64,000 bases of DNA from Macrostomum lignano (taxonomy: Eukaryota). The position numbers and the translations under genes were made by a program. The notes under the pieces are model-generated. The model was not told the origin of the DNA. It was given only the letters and a program-made list of their open reading frames with translations, and did no database searches. The stretch spans positions 62,001 to 126,000 of the forward strand of contig NIVC01001541.1 of assembly GCA_002269645.1 (NCBI GenBank). The letters are read 5' to 3'. Positions 25,768-36,928 of the stretch are shown here, in pieces (position 1 is the stretch's first letter; each line of letters begins with the position of its first letter).

Positions 25768-28700
25768 TTTATTTGCACGTCTTAATTTATTTGCACGTCT
25801 TAATTTATTTGCACCACGGTGCAGATAAATGCCGCTACCTCCTCGTGGTCAGAGCGGAGAGCCGCGCTTAACTGCTGCGGCGGCCAAATGCGGCAGGACC
25901 AAGCGAGGGCAGCGGAGTGCCCGTCGGCGTGTTGAGCGCCGGCGTGAGCGGAACCGACGAGGCCGGCTGCGTGGCGCCGCCCGTCGAGCTGCCGCGCGGG
26001 TCCACTCGGATCCTCCGGGTGGCGCCGGGGACCGTGAGGCTCAACTGCATCGAGCCCCAGCCGTACCACAGGGCATGCTTCGGGTCGGGACGCTGAACTG
26101 CCGCACTCTCAAGGCTGCTTGGCGTAGAGGGGTGCTGGCGAAGCTGGCGTACGACCTGAGCTGCGACATCATCTCGCTGCAGGAGGTGTCTATCAAGGCC
26201 GACCCGGGACTTCATTGTGAGGACTTGGGCGCCGGGTGGACCCTCTACTATACTTCTGCGGACCAGCGAGGCCGTGGAGGAGTTGGAGCGCTGATCGGGC
26301 CGAGGCTGCAGCAGAGCTGTCGCTGCATCTCCCTGTCCCCCCGGTTGCTTCGGATCGACGTCCGGCTACGCGGTCGGAATGCTCGCCTGTTCTGCGCGTA
26401 CGCGCCCCCTGCCACACGCCCTGACGAGGCTCAAGAGTTTTTCGAGCAGCTCTCAGTGCAGGTAGAGGCGACGGCGCAGCGTGACACAGCGGTCGCCCTC
26501 GGAGACCTGAACGCAGTCCTGCGTAGGTCCGAGAGGTCGCTGTTCGTGACGCCACGCGGGAACAACAACACCGAGGCACTAGAGGACTTCCTGGAGAGGC
26601 AGGACATGGTGTCGGCCAACACCCGCTTCCGCAAGCCACTGAGCGGTCTCGCAACCTTCGTGGGCTGCAAGCGGAGGCGACGGAACGCGCGTGGCAGGAA
26701 CGCAACCCGGAGACAAGCACAGCTCGACCACGTGCTCGTGCGTTTCCGTGAGCGTCGTCGCGCCGTCAACTGCCGCACCATCACGCCGCTGGCTCTGCGG
26801 TCCGATCACCGGCTCCTCATCTGCGACCTCAACCTTCGCGATCCGCTCTACCGTCCGCCGAAGCGGCCACCGCGGCGCTACTACCGCGCGCTCAGAGCCA
26901 CCGATACGCAGCGTCGCTTTGCTAGCGCCTTTAACACCGCGCTGGGCGACAAGCGTGGAAGTGCCGAGTATGCGGAAGTGTGCGCTGCAATCAGAACCGC
27001 CGCGGAGCAAGCAGTCCCGATGATGCAGCCGGCTCAACGTGGGCAGCCGGTCTGGCAGGACGACCCCGCGATTCAGGCAGCGAGGGAAGATCTGGAGAAG
27101 CTCCGCTTGAGCAGGCGACCAACCCGCGAGGCAGAGGCAGCTCTGGCAGCTGTCTACCTGCAGCGCCAACAAGCGGCTGTCGATGACGCCATTCAGGCTG
27201 TCTCTGCCGCTGGGCCCGATGCCAGAGGGCGCGTGGCCTGGTCCGCCATCAACGCTCTGACGGGACGAAAGCGGCGCAATCCGCTGAACCTGGCTGGTGA
27301 CACGCCGGACGAGCGTAGGAACGAGCTGCGCGAGTTCTTCGCCGCCATCGTCAACGCGCCGCCACCCCCGCTGCCAGACAGTCTGACGCTGCCGCCGGAG
27401 ACGCCGCTGCCGGCAGAGGAGAGTTTCAGCGTAGCCCCAGTCAACGCAGCCGACGTTGTCAAGCTCGCCCAGCAGTCACCGGGCGGGAAAGCGCTGGGTC
27501 CGGACGAGGTGCCCATCGAGGCGCTGCGCATCCCCTGTGTGGCCGCTGAGGTCGCCAGAGTGATGAACCGCGTGCTCTTCGGTGAGGCGGCGCCCAACGA
27601 ATGGACCACGGCGCACATCGTCGCTGTTCCAAAGAAGCCGGGCACCACTAGGCTTGAAGACCATCGAGGCATCTGCCTTCAGTCCTGTGCAGCGAAGCTG
27701 TTCAACCGGATGCTGCTTTCGCGGTTGCAGCCCGTGCTGGATCCGTACCTGCGCCCAGAGCAGAACGGGTTCCGGCCCCATCGCGGCACAGTGGCGCAGA
27801 TCCTGGCTCTTCGCCGAGTCATCGAGGAGGCGCGGATTCGTCAGTCGATACTGATTTTAATCTTTATTGATTTCAAGAAGGCATTCGACTCGGTTGTCAG
27901 AGCCGTGCTTCCAATGGTGCTCCGCGCGTACAACGTGCCTGAGCAGCTGATCTCCGCCGTCATGGCGATGTACCGTGATACGACAGCTGCTGTGACAACA
28001 CCGGACGGCCTATCGGACTCCTTTGAGACATCCTCCGGAGTGCTTCAGGGAGATACGCTGGCGCCGTTTCTGTTCGTCCTGGTGCTTGACTGGGTGCTGC
28101 GGACTGCTCTTCCTACCGACGACGACGGTTTTCTGCTGCAGCGACGCGTGGGTCGACGTCAACCGGAGAAGCGGCTCAGCGTGCTTGGCTACGCCGACGA
28201 CCTCGCCCTGCTGTCCTCGACCGTCGAGGGCGCCCAACGGCAGCTGGACAGGCTGGTTGCCGTTGCGGCGAGTGTCGGCCTGGTGGTCAACACGCAGAAG
28301 ACCGTTGTGCTCTGCGTGCCGGACGACATCGAGGCTGCAATATTTTGCCGAGGCGCTGACGGGCAGGCGACCGAACTCCCGCGATGTCAGCAGTTCGTCT
28401 ACCTCGGCGGTCTGGTTCCAGACGCTCGCGAGGACCTGCGACGCCGCCGCGGGCTTGCCTGGGCTGCCTTTCGTTCTGTGAGGGCAGTCCTGCAGTCCGA
28501 GGCCCTACCGGACCGCCAGAGGGCGGCGCTGTTCCAGGCGGTAATCGAGACCGTCCTGCTGTACAACGCCGAGACCTGGACGCTGACGGACTCACTCGAA
28601 CAGCAAGTCGATGCGGCGCACGCTGGTCTGCTGCGCGCCGCCTTCAACATCGGCGTCGAGCGAGTCACCAACGCGGCACTCTATCGCCGCGCTGGCCTGC

Positions 28701-28987
28701 CACGTCCAAGTGATCTACTGCGCCGTCGGCGACTCCAGCTCGCAGGCCATCTCATCCGCGCCGAGTCGTACTGCCCACAGCCGGTGCAGGAGGTGCTGCT
28801 GCTCACGCTGCAGGCACCCTACCGGCGAGGTCAAGCGCGAACTCGGCGTTATGTCGACTGTTTGCTGGCTGACGCCGGCGCCCCGGACACTGCCGGTGGC
28901 GCGGCCTTTGTTCGCGCCCAAGCCATGAAGCGCGCCCTGTGACGCTGACTTTTACCATCATGACAGCGTATTTTGTTGTTGTTGTTG
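25768..28987 (+). mobile_element. RTE-clade non-LTR retrotransposon, apparently full length
   Basis: Single APE-RT ORF; 3' stem-loop ACGCTG/CAGCGT (28942-28969); (TTG)n tail; 18-bp tandem repeats at the 5' end; TTAA on both sides (25764-67, 28988-91) as a possible short TSD. Confidence 0.9.
25829..28942 (+). CDS. AP-endonuclease/reverse transcriptase polyprotein of the RTE-like LINE
   Basis: Uninterrupted 1037-aa ORF (alternative start at 26075). APE motifs GTLNCRTL, ISLQEV, YAP, GDLN and SDH. RT motifs QNGFRP, DFKKAFDSV, GVLQGDTLAPFLF and YADD. RTE-type C-terminus RRRRLQLAGHLIR. Confidence 0.92.
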   Translation: MPLPPRGQSGEPRLTAAAAKCGRTKRGQRSARRRVERRRERNRRGRLRGAARRAAARVHSDPPGGAGDREAQLHRAPAVPQGMLRVGTLNCRTLKAAWRRGVLAKLAYDLSCDIISLQEVSIKADPGLHCEDLGAGWTLYYTSADQRGRGGVGALIGPRLQQSCRCISLSPRLLRIDVRLRGRNARLFCAYAPPATRPDEAQEFFEQLSVQVEATAQRDTAVALGDLNAVLRRSERSLFVTPRGNNNTEALEDFLERQDMVSANTRFRKPLSGLATFVGCKRRRRNARGRNATRRQAQLDHVLVRFRERRRAVNCRTITPLALRSDHRLLICDLNLRDPLYRPPKRPPRRYYRALRATDTQRRFASAFNTALGDKRGSAEYAEVCAAIRTAAEQAVPMMQPAQRGQPVWQDDPAIQAAREDLEKLRLSRRPTREAEAALAAVYLQRQQAAVDDAIQAVSAAGPDARGRVAWSAINALTGRKRRNPLNLAGDTPDERRNELREFFAAIVNAPPPPLPDSLTLPPETPLPAEESFSVAPVNAADVVKLAQQSPGGKALGPDEVPIEALRIPCVAAEVARVMNRVLFGEAAPNEWTTAHIVAVPKKPGTTRLEDHRGICLQSCAAKLFNRMLLSRLQPVLDPYLRPEQNGFRPHRGTVAQILALRRVIEEARIRQSILILIFIDFKKAFDSVVRAVLPMVLRAYNVPEQLISAVMAMYRDTTAAVTTPDGLSDSFETSSGVLQGDTLAPFLFVLVLDWVLRTALPTDDDGFLLQRRVGRRQPEKRLSVLGYADDLALLSSTVEGAQRQLDRLVAVAASVGLVVNTQKTVVLCVPDDIEAAIFCRGADGQATELPRCQQFVYLGGLVPDAREDLRRRRGLAWAAFRSVRAVLQSEALPDRQRAALFQAVIETVLLYNAETWTLTDSLEQQVDAAHAGLLRAAFNIGVERVTNAALYRRAGLPRPSDLLRRRRLQLAGHLIRAESYCPQPVQEVLLLTLQAPYRRGQARTRRYVDCLLADAGAPDTAGGAAFVRAQAMKRAL

Positions 28988-29258
28988 TTAAAAGCTGCAA
29001 AGCCAATTGCTCTGTGCTTCAAATCAGATGGCGCTGTTCTTTTGTCTAGTTAATGAGCTAATGGAGGATGATGTTTTCCTAGAGAGCTTCTTTGGAAGCA
29101 CAATCTGCTCTAAAGGTCATGACATATAGGACGGCATGGTCAGGTTCTTCTTCAACTGCATGATGAAAAATCTGTTGAAGGACCGGTCAGTAAAAAGCAA
29201 CACTGCTAGAATAAACAGGAAAGTAGCGAAGCTTTCTGGCCTCAGTACCAATAAGTAA
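28988..29258 (+). pseudogene. Decayed THAP/P-element transposase, right (C-terminal) part
   Basis: Translates to ICSKGHDI*DGMVRFFFNCMMKNLLKDR...RKVAKLSGLSTNK*, matching CSNHSL...RLLNCFLKNL...RKLAKLNP* at the end of the intact transposase. Confidence 0.7.
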
Positions 29259-32200
29259 GATAGATGGCTTTATGTTTTGTTACAGTTTTTTTTATATTTT
29301 ACTATATTTATTTGTGCTATGTGGATATATTCTTTTGTGTTTGTGACGCGTCAATGTAGTAAATCAAAGAATATAATGTAGAGCAGGTGACCCATTGAAT
29401 CTAGTTCTTTCAAAAAGATAAATAGTCTGCACAAAAGTTCTAAGCTTAACAACAAATTTAAATATCTTAATATAAGTGAATAAGTGCAAAAACATGCTAA
29501 ATAATTCTAATTGATAGTCTTTAGTAAGCGCTCCATTTTCCTGCAAAATTTGCATCCCATTTGCCAATTATTTATTAAAGCAATTTTAGCTTTCCATTTC
29601 TACTAGCCCATCAAGACTAAAATTTTTCATCTGTAAAGCTAATTAGCACTTAATCTGGCACTCATTTGTGTATTTTTGTATTTTACTCATATAATAGTTC
29701 AATATTCAATTGACTAGATACCTATAATATACCAAATTGAGCAAATGTAATCAACATCCATTTCTATTGTGTTTACTTCAATACAATTATGAATGCATTT
29801 TAATACATTGAATTAATTACTATATTTGTTTATAAAGTTAGTGAAAGGAAACTTTAACAAATAATTTTTTATTAAAAAGCTTTGAATTGTTTGCAAAACA
29901 AAAACTATTTGCTTCCAAGTTAATGTTATATTTTTTGTTCAGCTTCAATGCAAAACTGCTGTTGGCCCTAAAGCTATTGGCTAGAAAAGCATGCCTCATC
30001 TTGCAAGGGGCCCAAAACCCTTGCCAGTCAAGCTGTTATATTTAGAAGTCTTTGGAAAGAAAGAACAGAGGGAAGCTAGGTTTGGTTAGGTGGTTGCCTT
30101 GCAGAAAAAATGGACTTACTTTGAACTTACTAAAAAGTTGGTTCAATTCTCCAATTGATTAGTTTTCAAGACTAGTTCTCTTAAATTTAATTAATTTTAC
30201 AGTCATTAATTCTGAAATTATTGACAAAAACTCAATAAAATGACAATAAATGGACTAACTTTGCTTTTAGAAAAATAGCTCTTGAGGGCACGCTGATTGA
30301 GTTTGATCCATCTATAATATAATTTGGGAATTTTTGTTGACCTTTCTATTTAGGTGTTGGCGCAGCAAAGGGGCAACAGGAGACCCCAGAAAATGCAAAG
30401 GAATATGAGCGTGGTATATTTTTGATACTGTACAGGCCCACTCCTTCTACTCCCCAAGGGAATTGAATTTCCAGCTGTACCAAATACATTGTTTGTTACT
30501 TTTCTGTTCCATTGGTGGAAGCAGTGAACTAAACAATAATCTAGATTAAAAGTCATAAGGTTGTTTACTTTATAGGAGACTGAGTTGGATAGAAAAGGAA
30601 CCACTTCAAAGGCTTCTTTGATACTGATAGCAAACAAGCAGGTAGTGGGTTGGTAGGGAAGTATATACATATATTAATTTCATTTTGAACTGAATTGCAA
30701 GGGATGTTACATGTAAAGAAGCAAATGAAAGCCTCTCAAGCCTTTCCTTCCAATATTTTTATATTTTTTATATTAGCTACCTCTAGTTTAGTCACTCATA
30801 CCCCCAATAACAAAGAGCTTTTTTGAGCCTCTTCATTTGATCTAGGGTTCACAAACCAATGTATAGAATAGGTTTTATAATTTCTATAAGCTACAGCTAT
30901 AAATCTTGGTTTTGATATGTTACAAGGCATTCAATGAAGCAGTGGGCAAAGCAGAACAAAGAAAAGCAGTCTGGCATTCTCAAGGTTTTAGTCTCTATGT
31001 CAAAGAGTCAAATACTGACTAATAGTAGGAGCTTTGTCTTAAACTAAATTAACTTACTTTACGAGTAGTGAGCCAATTGGAATTCAGTTTTGGGTTTCAA
31101 TGGACCTCGGAATTTGCCAAATGACAGGGTTGGTTATGAGGAATGGAGAGCCAAATGAGGAAGAAATATAACTTTAAATTGGCATAGAAAGACATTATAC
31201 CCAGTGATTTGTGTTTTGCTATTAAGCTAAATTTGTTATTTTTAAGACAATGACACAATACATAGTTTTCTTTATCGAGGACAGCCAAATTGTTGAAAGG
31301 TTGGAAGAGGAGGTTAAGCTAGACAACAAATATTCAAGTTTTACTAGTGAGAACTAGACAGCTTTAAACAATTTGAACCACTATTATTTGAGCCCAATAC
31401 ATGTTAGGGCAAAGTACTAAGGTGAATGGTACGATGCTGTTGTTCTATAAGTGTTGCTGGATCCTTACAATAGATTTGGACCCAACAGTCTATATGCTAT
31501 GCCAAATAGTGGCTGAGAAGAAAAAACGACTTGAGAGTTTGCTGAAAACTATTGTTTGAATTAACATTGGAAGATGAAATAACTTCCCACCATTGAATAT
31601 AAGTAAGCTTATATGAAATATGAGTATATGCTATATTATAGAAGATAAAATGCAGAGTAGGCAAAAACAATGCAAATCTTATCCTTGGTTAAAAACAGTT
31701 TTAAAAAGACTGCTAATTTATGCTGAAGCCTTTATTATAAAACACTTGTATATTTTCTTGATTACTTTGAACTTTTATATACTTTTTAATAACACTTACA
31801 ATAAAACAACAATGCAGCAATAAAATTTGGGCAATAATTAAGCCATTTCAATTTTCTGCATTTGAGTCTTTAATAGGCTATCTTTAAATGCATACATGCG
31901 CAACCCCCCTGATTTACACTGGCCATGCGACTTACTTTTTGACCAAAAATGCGACTTACCTGTGAAAAAAACACTAAAGCAAAATTAACGCTTATTTGGG
32001 TAAACGGCAGGAGTAACTATGACTGTCTTATCAGGCCTAAATGCCTCGGCATCTAATTAGTACTATGTCCGTATTCTTTGGGGTGGCATTTTTGCGACTT
32101 ACCCCTGGTCCACCACAATTTATGGTGGCCAGATCGGCCAGGTCGGCCAATTGGAATTCAGTTATTTTCTACTCATAATCATAATAGTATACATAGTATA

Positions 32201-32270
32201 AAAATCTGTCAGTCCTATAACCATCCAAAATTTTTGTTTTATCAGTATCTGCATGACTATAGACTGAATC

Positions 32271-32820
32271 CACGTCAAAATGGCCACACACCAAATGGCC
32301 TTACAACAGAATGGCCACACTGTCAAAATGGCTACACGTCAAAATGGCCACATATAACAAATTTGGATGGCCGTACCATCATGGCCAGACATTTGAAATT
32401 AGGACATCAACCTAATTTTATTGACTTTACTAATTTTAATTTTACTTTGTGGCACATTTGTTTAAAGACATATAAAACTTGTTTGCATACTTATTTGAAA
32501 TTGTCCTATGCATTTCTTATCCAGTCAAATTTCAAATCTGATCTGCAATTTCTTACAAAGTCTATAAACATTAGACTATAAGCAAGTACCTAATAACTCG
32601 AATAACTTGACACGTTAGTGTAAAGACTTAATTAAATAACTTTAGAAACATATTTGCACATTGTATGATGAAATAAACTAACATTAAATTAATTCAACTA
32701 ACTCAACTCAACTAAACTAACTCACGCATATACAACTTGTAAAAATTTGTTATATGTGGCCATTTTGACAATGTGGCTATCCTATCGTGAGGCCATTTTG
32801 TGTGTGGCCATTTTGACATG
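32271..32820. mobile_element. Non-autonomous foldback/MITE-like element
   Basis: About 90-bp imperfect terminal inverted repeats built from GTCAAAATGGCCACA units (32271-32365 vs 32745-32820). No TSD identified. Confidence 0.5.
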
Positions 32821-34641
32821 CACCCCATAGGCCCCTTATTGGGACATACATAAGGGGTACTTATTGACAAAGACAATTTGTCATCTATCAGATGCAACTT
32901 TTTATACTGGAATAGTATATGACCTAATAGGAGTTAGCACTATGCCATATTGCGGAAGGTTTTCTGTGTACGCCGGACACATTTTTATTGAATTTTCAAT
33001 TGTATGCCAACAGATTTTAAATGTATACCAACTTAAAAAATGGTAAAAAAGCAACAAATATTTAAATTTAAATTTAAACTACAAAAAATTGATAATGACA
33101 TGACGATTGTCGTGACAATTCCAGTAATTAAAATGATTAGTAAATGAGAAAATACTAGCAAAAAAAGGTTTTTGAAATAACTTAACACAGAAAAAACATG
33201 AATAATTCTTTATATTAATTTCTACGCCAGTTGCCATACACCACACTGTATGCCACACTGTACACAGCCAAGAAATATACAGTGGTATATGCCACAGAAA
33301 TCAAGTATACTATATACTAGAATTTTCTGGCGTATACCCCACTGTCCACAAAATGGGCACTATGCTGCTAGCCCTAAAGCCAAAAGTTATATAATCTGTA
33401 GAGCCAGACCAGCATAGGATCCTGCCTACACTATCTATTTTTTGGCTTACAAAAAGTGGTTTTAGGCTTTTGGTATATATATTAAATGTTTTGGTACAAC
33501 ATATTATATTAAAAATTATATTATCAATAATAGTTACAAATTACAATAGGGCCTAGTTGTTCATGCATTATATTTATAATATTAAAATTTGATAACTAGT
33601 ATTAAATAAAAAATTGATTGGTATTTTTCATAGGCCTACCCCTAAGGCAGGCCTATCTATCAATTTAAACTTTAACAAATTATATAACCTAGGTTTTTTT
33701 CTTTATTTATAGGCCTAATCGTAAGGCCATGGCCGTAAAAAAGCTAAAAAACAACATATCATTTATTAGGCCTATTACTTTTAGAAATTTCTTAGGCCCC
33801 CCTAATTAAAAAAGTATATCAATAATATAGTAAGTAATATTATAAATAAATAAATAATAATAATAATAATATTAGGCCCTAACATATCATTATATCAATA
33901 ATACTAGTAGTAAACCAAGACGTTTTTAGGCAAAAACGATTACAGACAGTGCTTAATAGGCAAAATGCATTACCAAAAATTGCAAAATGATGAAAATTTT
34001 ATAAAAAAAATAGGCCTACTTTTGCTTGAACAATTTTCAAGAATGGTGTGTCTTTTAACTCAAGTAAATGAGATTTAGGTCTATTTTAGAAAGGAAAAAC
34101 AAAAAAATAAGAAGACTATCAAGTATCAATTGATAGCTTTTAGGGCAATGGGTCAGTTGACTGTATAATAGCTAGCTGACATCGATTGGGTGATAACGGG
34201 GCGTATACTTTCCGGGAAGTTATGATTTATTTAAACAAAAAGCTAGTAGTACAACCTGGGAAGAAAGGTACCTCGTTTACTGAGGCTCTTAATCGACGTG
34301 AAGGGCAGCTGAAGTCGTGCAGTGCATTTGTTCAGTTTTGTGCTGATTTTTCGATTATTATGTGGACCCGAGGAAAACTGAATGTGGGTTAATTTTTCTC
34401 GCCGGTCCAGTGAGCATAAGCTGGTAGCTTTTCAGCGTGATTCAGTAGATTTTTCCACCACCATGGCACAAGTAAACAAAAAAATTAATAAAATAAAAAT
34501 ACGTAAACGTTGCGATCAACAGCAAAATTGGGTACACGAGACTTAACACAATTGTATTCAGAGCCATACTTGCGTAAGTCTTAGTCCCACCTAAACTAGA
34601 ACAAATACTTATCTAGACTGACCGATTGGGAATCCTGGAAC

Positions 34642-34722
34642 AAAGATACGCTCCCGCCGATTCCTCGCCGACTGTTGGTCAGCATGTTCGACGTTGACAA
34701 GAGCGGCTTCATAGAGCTCGGC
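34642..34722 (+). pseudogene. Isolated EF-hand fragment (calpain/penta-EF-hand-like)
   Basis: KDTLPPIPRRLLVSMFDVDKSGFIELG followed by a stop; canonical DxDxSGxIE loop. Confidence 0.45.
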
Positions 34723-34760
34723 GTACCTACTTAATTTTACCTGTAGTTAAACGAAGGAAG

Positions 34761-34960
34761 AGGGTTCTAGACTATAGTGGTCAGAGCCTTGGATTCAAGA
34801 CTGAAAGGTCGGGTTTGATTCTCGATTCCACACATGGAACAATTAATTTGTATCCCTAATTCATACACTTACGTAGACTGTGTACATGTACGAGGGTGTG
34901 TTTTATGCAGCTATTGCTCTGAGCAGGGACTAATCAGTTGAGGAATTCAAACTTTTAAAA
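34761..34960 (+). mobile_element. Degenerate tRNA-derived SINE-like remnant
   Basis: A-box-like TAGTGGTCAGAG and B-box-like GGTTTGATTC at tRNA-type spacing; no cloverleaf. The 3' boundary is approximate. Confidence 0.4.
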
Positions 34961-35033
34961 CCACAGCTTTGCTTCTTGGCTACCTTGTCCAGGGATGCCT
35001 CAGACAGACAGTTCCAGTTGCAGTGCTAATTAG

Positions 35034-35325
35034 TTCCTGGGTTGCTTCAACGACCTCATAAAAAAGTTAAGAGCCCCTAGGGACTGAAGGACATCGCGAC
35101 TTCAACGGCGTGGGCGGCACAACTGTGCAGCATGAAGCCTACAGCAAATTTACAAGTAGATTCAACGCGTCGGTTTCAAGCAGCCAGATGACTCAAAAAG
35201 CTGTGCAAAAGCGTCTGAACTCCAAGGGCAGGTGTTGTTGCAGCAACTCCTACGGCACATATGGAAGCGCAGCACTCTCAAAATGCCACCAGAGCTGCAG
35301 CAGTCGCCATCAAGTGCGCATTTAA
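35034..35325 (+). pseudogene. Frameshifted WSC-domain pseudogene related to the nested WSC gene
   Basis: FLGCFND, GGACTGAAGGACATC (vs GGACTGAAGTACATC), CAGCCAGATGACTCAAAAAGCTGTGC (vs CAGCCACATGACTCAAGAGCTGTGC) and GRCCCSNSYGTYGSAALSKCHQSC, with frameshifts. Confidence 0.7.
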
Positions 35326-36184
35326 AATCTCGTTTGTCAGACCAATCAGAACTCAGAGCCAATCAAAACCCAGAGCCAATCAAAACTCTGGGCCAATTAA
35401 AACTTAAAGCCAGTCAACTCAGTGGAGTTGACTTTCAAGACGCCCCTTTACGAGAGCAGGTACTTCTATACAACTTAAAATATTGTTGGAAAAAAAAGAA
35501 AAAACCCGCATCAAAAGTGCATTGGATTTGAGTTTGAAAATTCAAAACATCATATTGTATCACAGTTAAAATCCACACACACACACACAACGGCGCGGTG
35601 CAATCGTGAATAACAATGGCGTTATACTGTGTGTAAATATATAAAAACGGTTACTGTAAAATTCTAGGAGGCAAATAATGTCAAGAAATATTGGGAATTG
35701 GAACAGAGGTGTGTATTCTTGAATAGCGACGGACGCGAATACCCAATGACTGGCGGCGAATGAGAGTAAAATACTGGACAGAGGCTTGGGCCCAGGGCAG
35801 ATTTAAAAGAAAATAATTAATACTAGGCCAATCTTCGCCGAACCCAAAAACAAAAACTAGCCAACTACTACTAACAGTAGAGAATCACGAATCGTGCAAC
35901 AGTCAGAGTAAAAAAATAACGGATAAAATTCACACCTGGCTTCAATCAATTTAATCAATTAAAGGTGGATCGGAATAATCTGTATGAGTATATAAGAGTA
36001 TTACACATGATGCCGAGGATGCGGAACACAGTGGGCAGAGGGCATATAGTAATAGCAATGAGCGGTGAAAGACAGACAAGAGACAAAGCTAGATAAGCAG
36101 GCGAATGATTAACGAGTGAGAAAATTCTAAGGAAATATGGGCTTTGTAGCGCAGGAATTCCCTCCGGCTTGCAACCATGGATAA

Positions 36185-36855
36185 GCAGATAGATGTAGAG
36201 CAGGGGCGGATGGGTGGAGAGCAGGGGCGGGTGGGTAGAGAGCAGGGGGTGGGTAGAGCAAGGGCGGATGGGTGGAGAGCAGGGGCGGGTGGGTAGAGAG
36301 CATGGGGGTGGGTAGAGCAGGGGCGGATGGGTGGAGAGCATGGGCGGATGGGCAGAGAGCAAGGGTGGATGGGCAGAGAGCAAGGGTGGATGGGTAGAGC
36401 AGGGGCGGATGGGTAGAGAGCAGGGGCGGGTGGGTAGAGAGCAGGGGCGGATGGGTGGAGAGCAGGGGCGGATTGGTGGAGAGCAGGGGCGGATGGGTAG
36501 AGAGCAGGGGCGGATGGGTGGAGAGCAGGGGCGGATGGGTGGAGAGCAGGGGCGGATGGGTGGAGAGCAGGGGCGGATGGGTGGAGAGCAGGGGCGGATT
36601 GGTGGAGAGCAGGGGCGGATGGGTAGAGAGCAGGGGCGGATGGGTAGAGAGCAGGGGCGGATGGGTAGAGAGCAGGGGCGGATGGGTAGAGAGCAGGGGC
36701 GGATGGGTAGAGAGCAGGGGCGGGTGGGTAGAGAGCAATGGCGGATGGGTAGAGAGCAGGGGCGGATGGGTAGAGAGCAGGGGCGGATGGGTAGAGAGCA
36801 GGGGCGGATGGGTAGAGAGCAGGGGCGGACGAATGGAGGCGGATGGGTAGAGCAG
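36185..36855. repeat. 21-bp minisatellite downstream of ATE1
   Basis: GGGCGGATGGGTAGAGAGCAG units. Confidence 0.95.
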
Positions 36856-36928
36856 GCAACCAGGACAATCCCTGCGATCAGTCAGCGGGCACGGCTTCAG
36901 TCCTGCGGTGAGATGGCAGGAGCCGCCG

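Noticed and set aside
26193-28928. Overlapping and antisense ORFs in the RTE, NWD, TPI, Pcf11, ATE1 and ENaC exons
   Set aside because: Expected shadows of GC-rich coding sequence with no independent motifs.
33540-34020. Recurrent TAGGCCTA palindromes in AT-rich DNA
   Set aside because: Irregular spacing and no boundaries or partner structure; cannot be separated from decayed repeat DNA.
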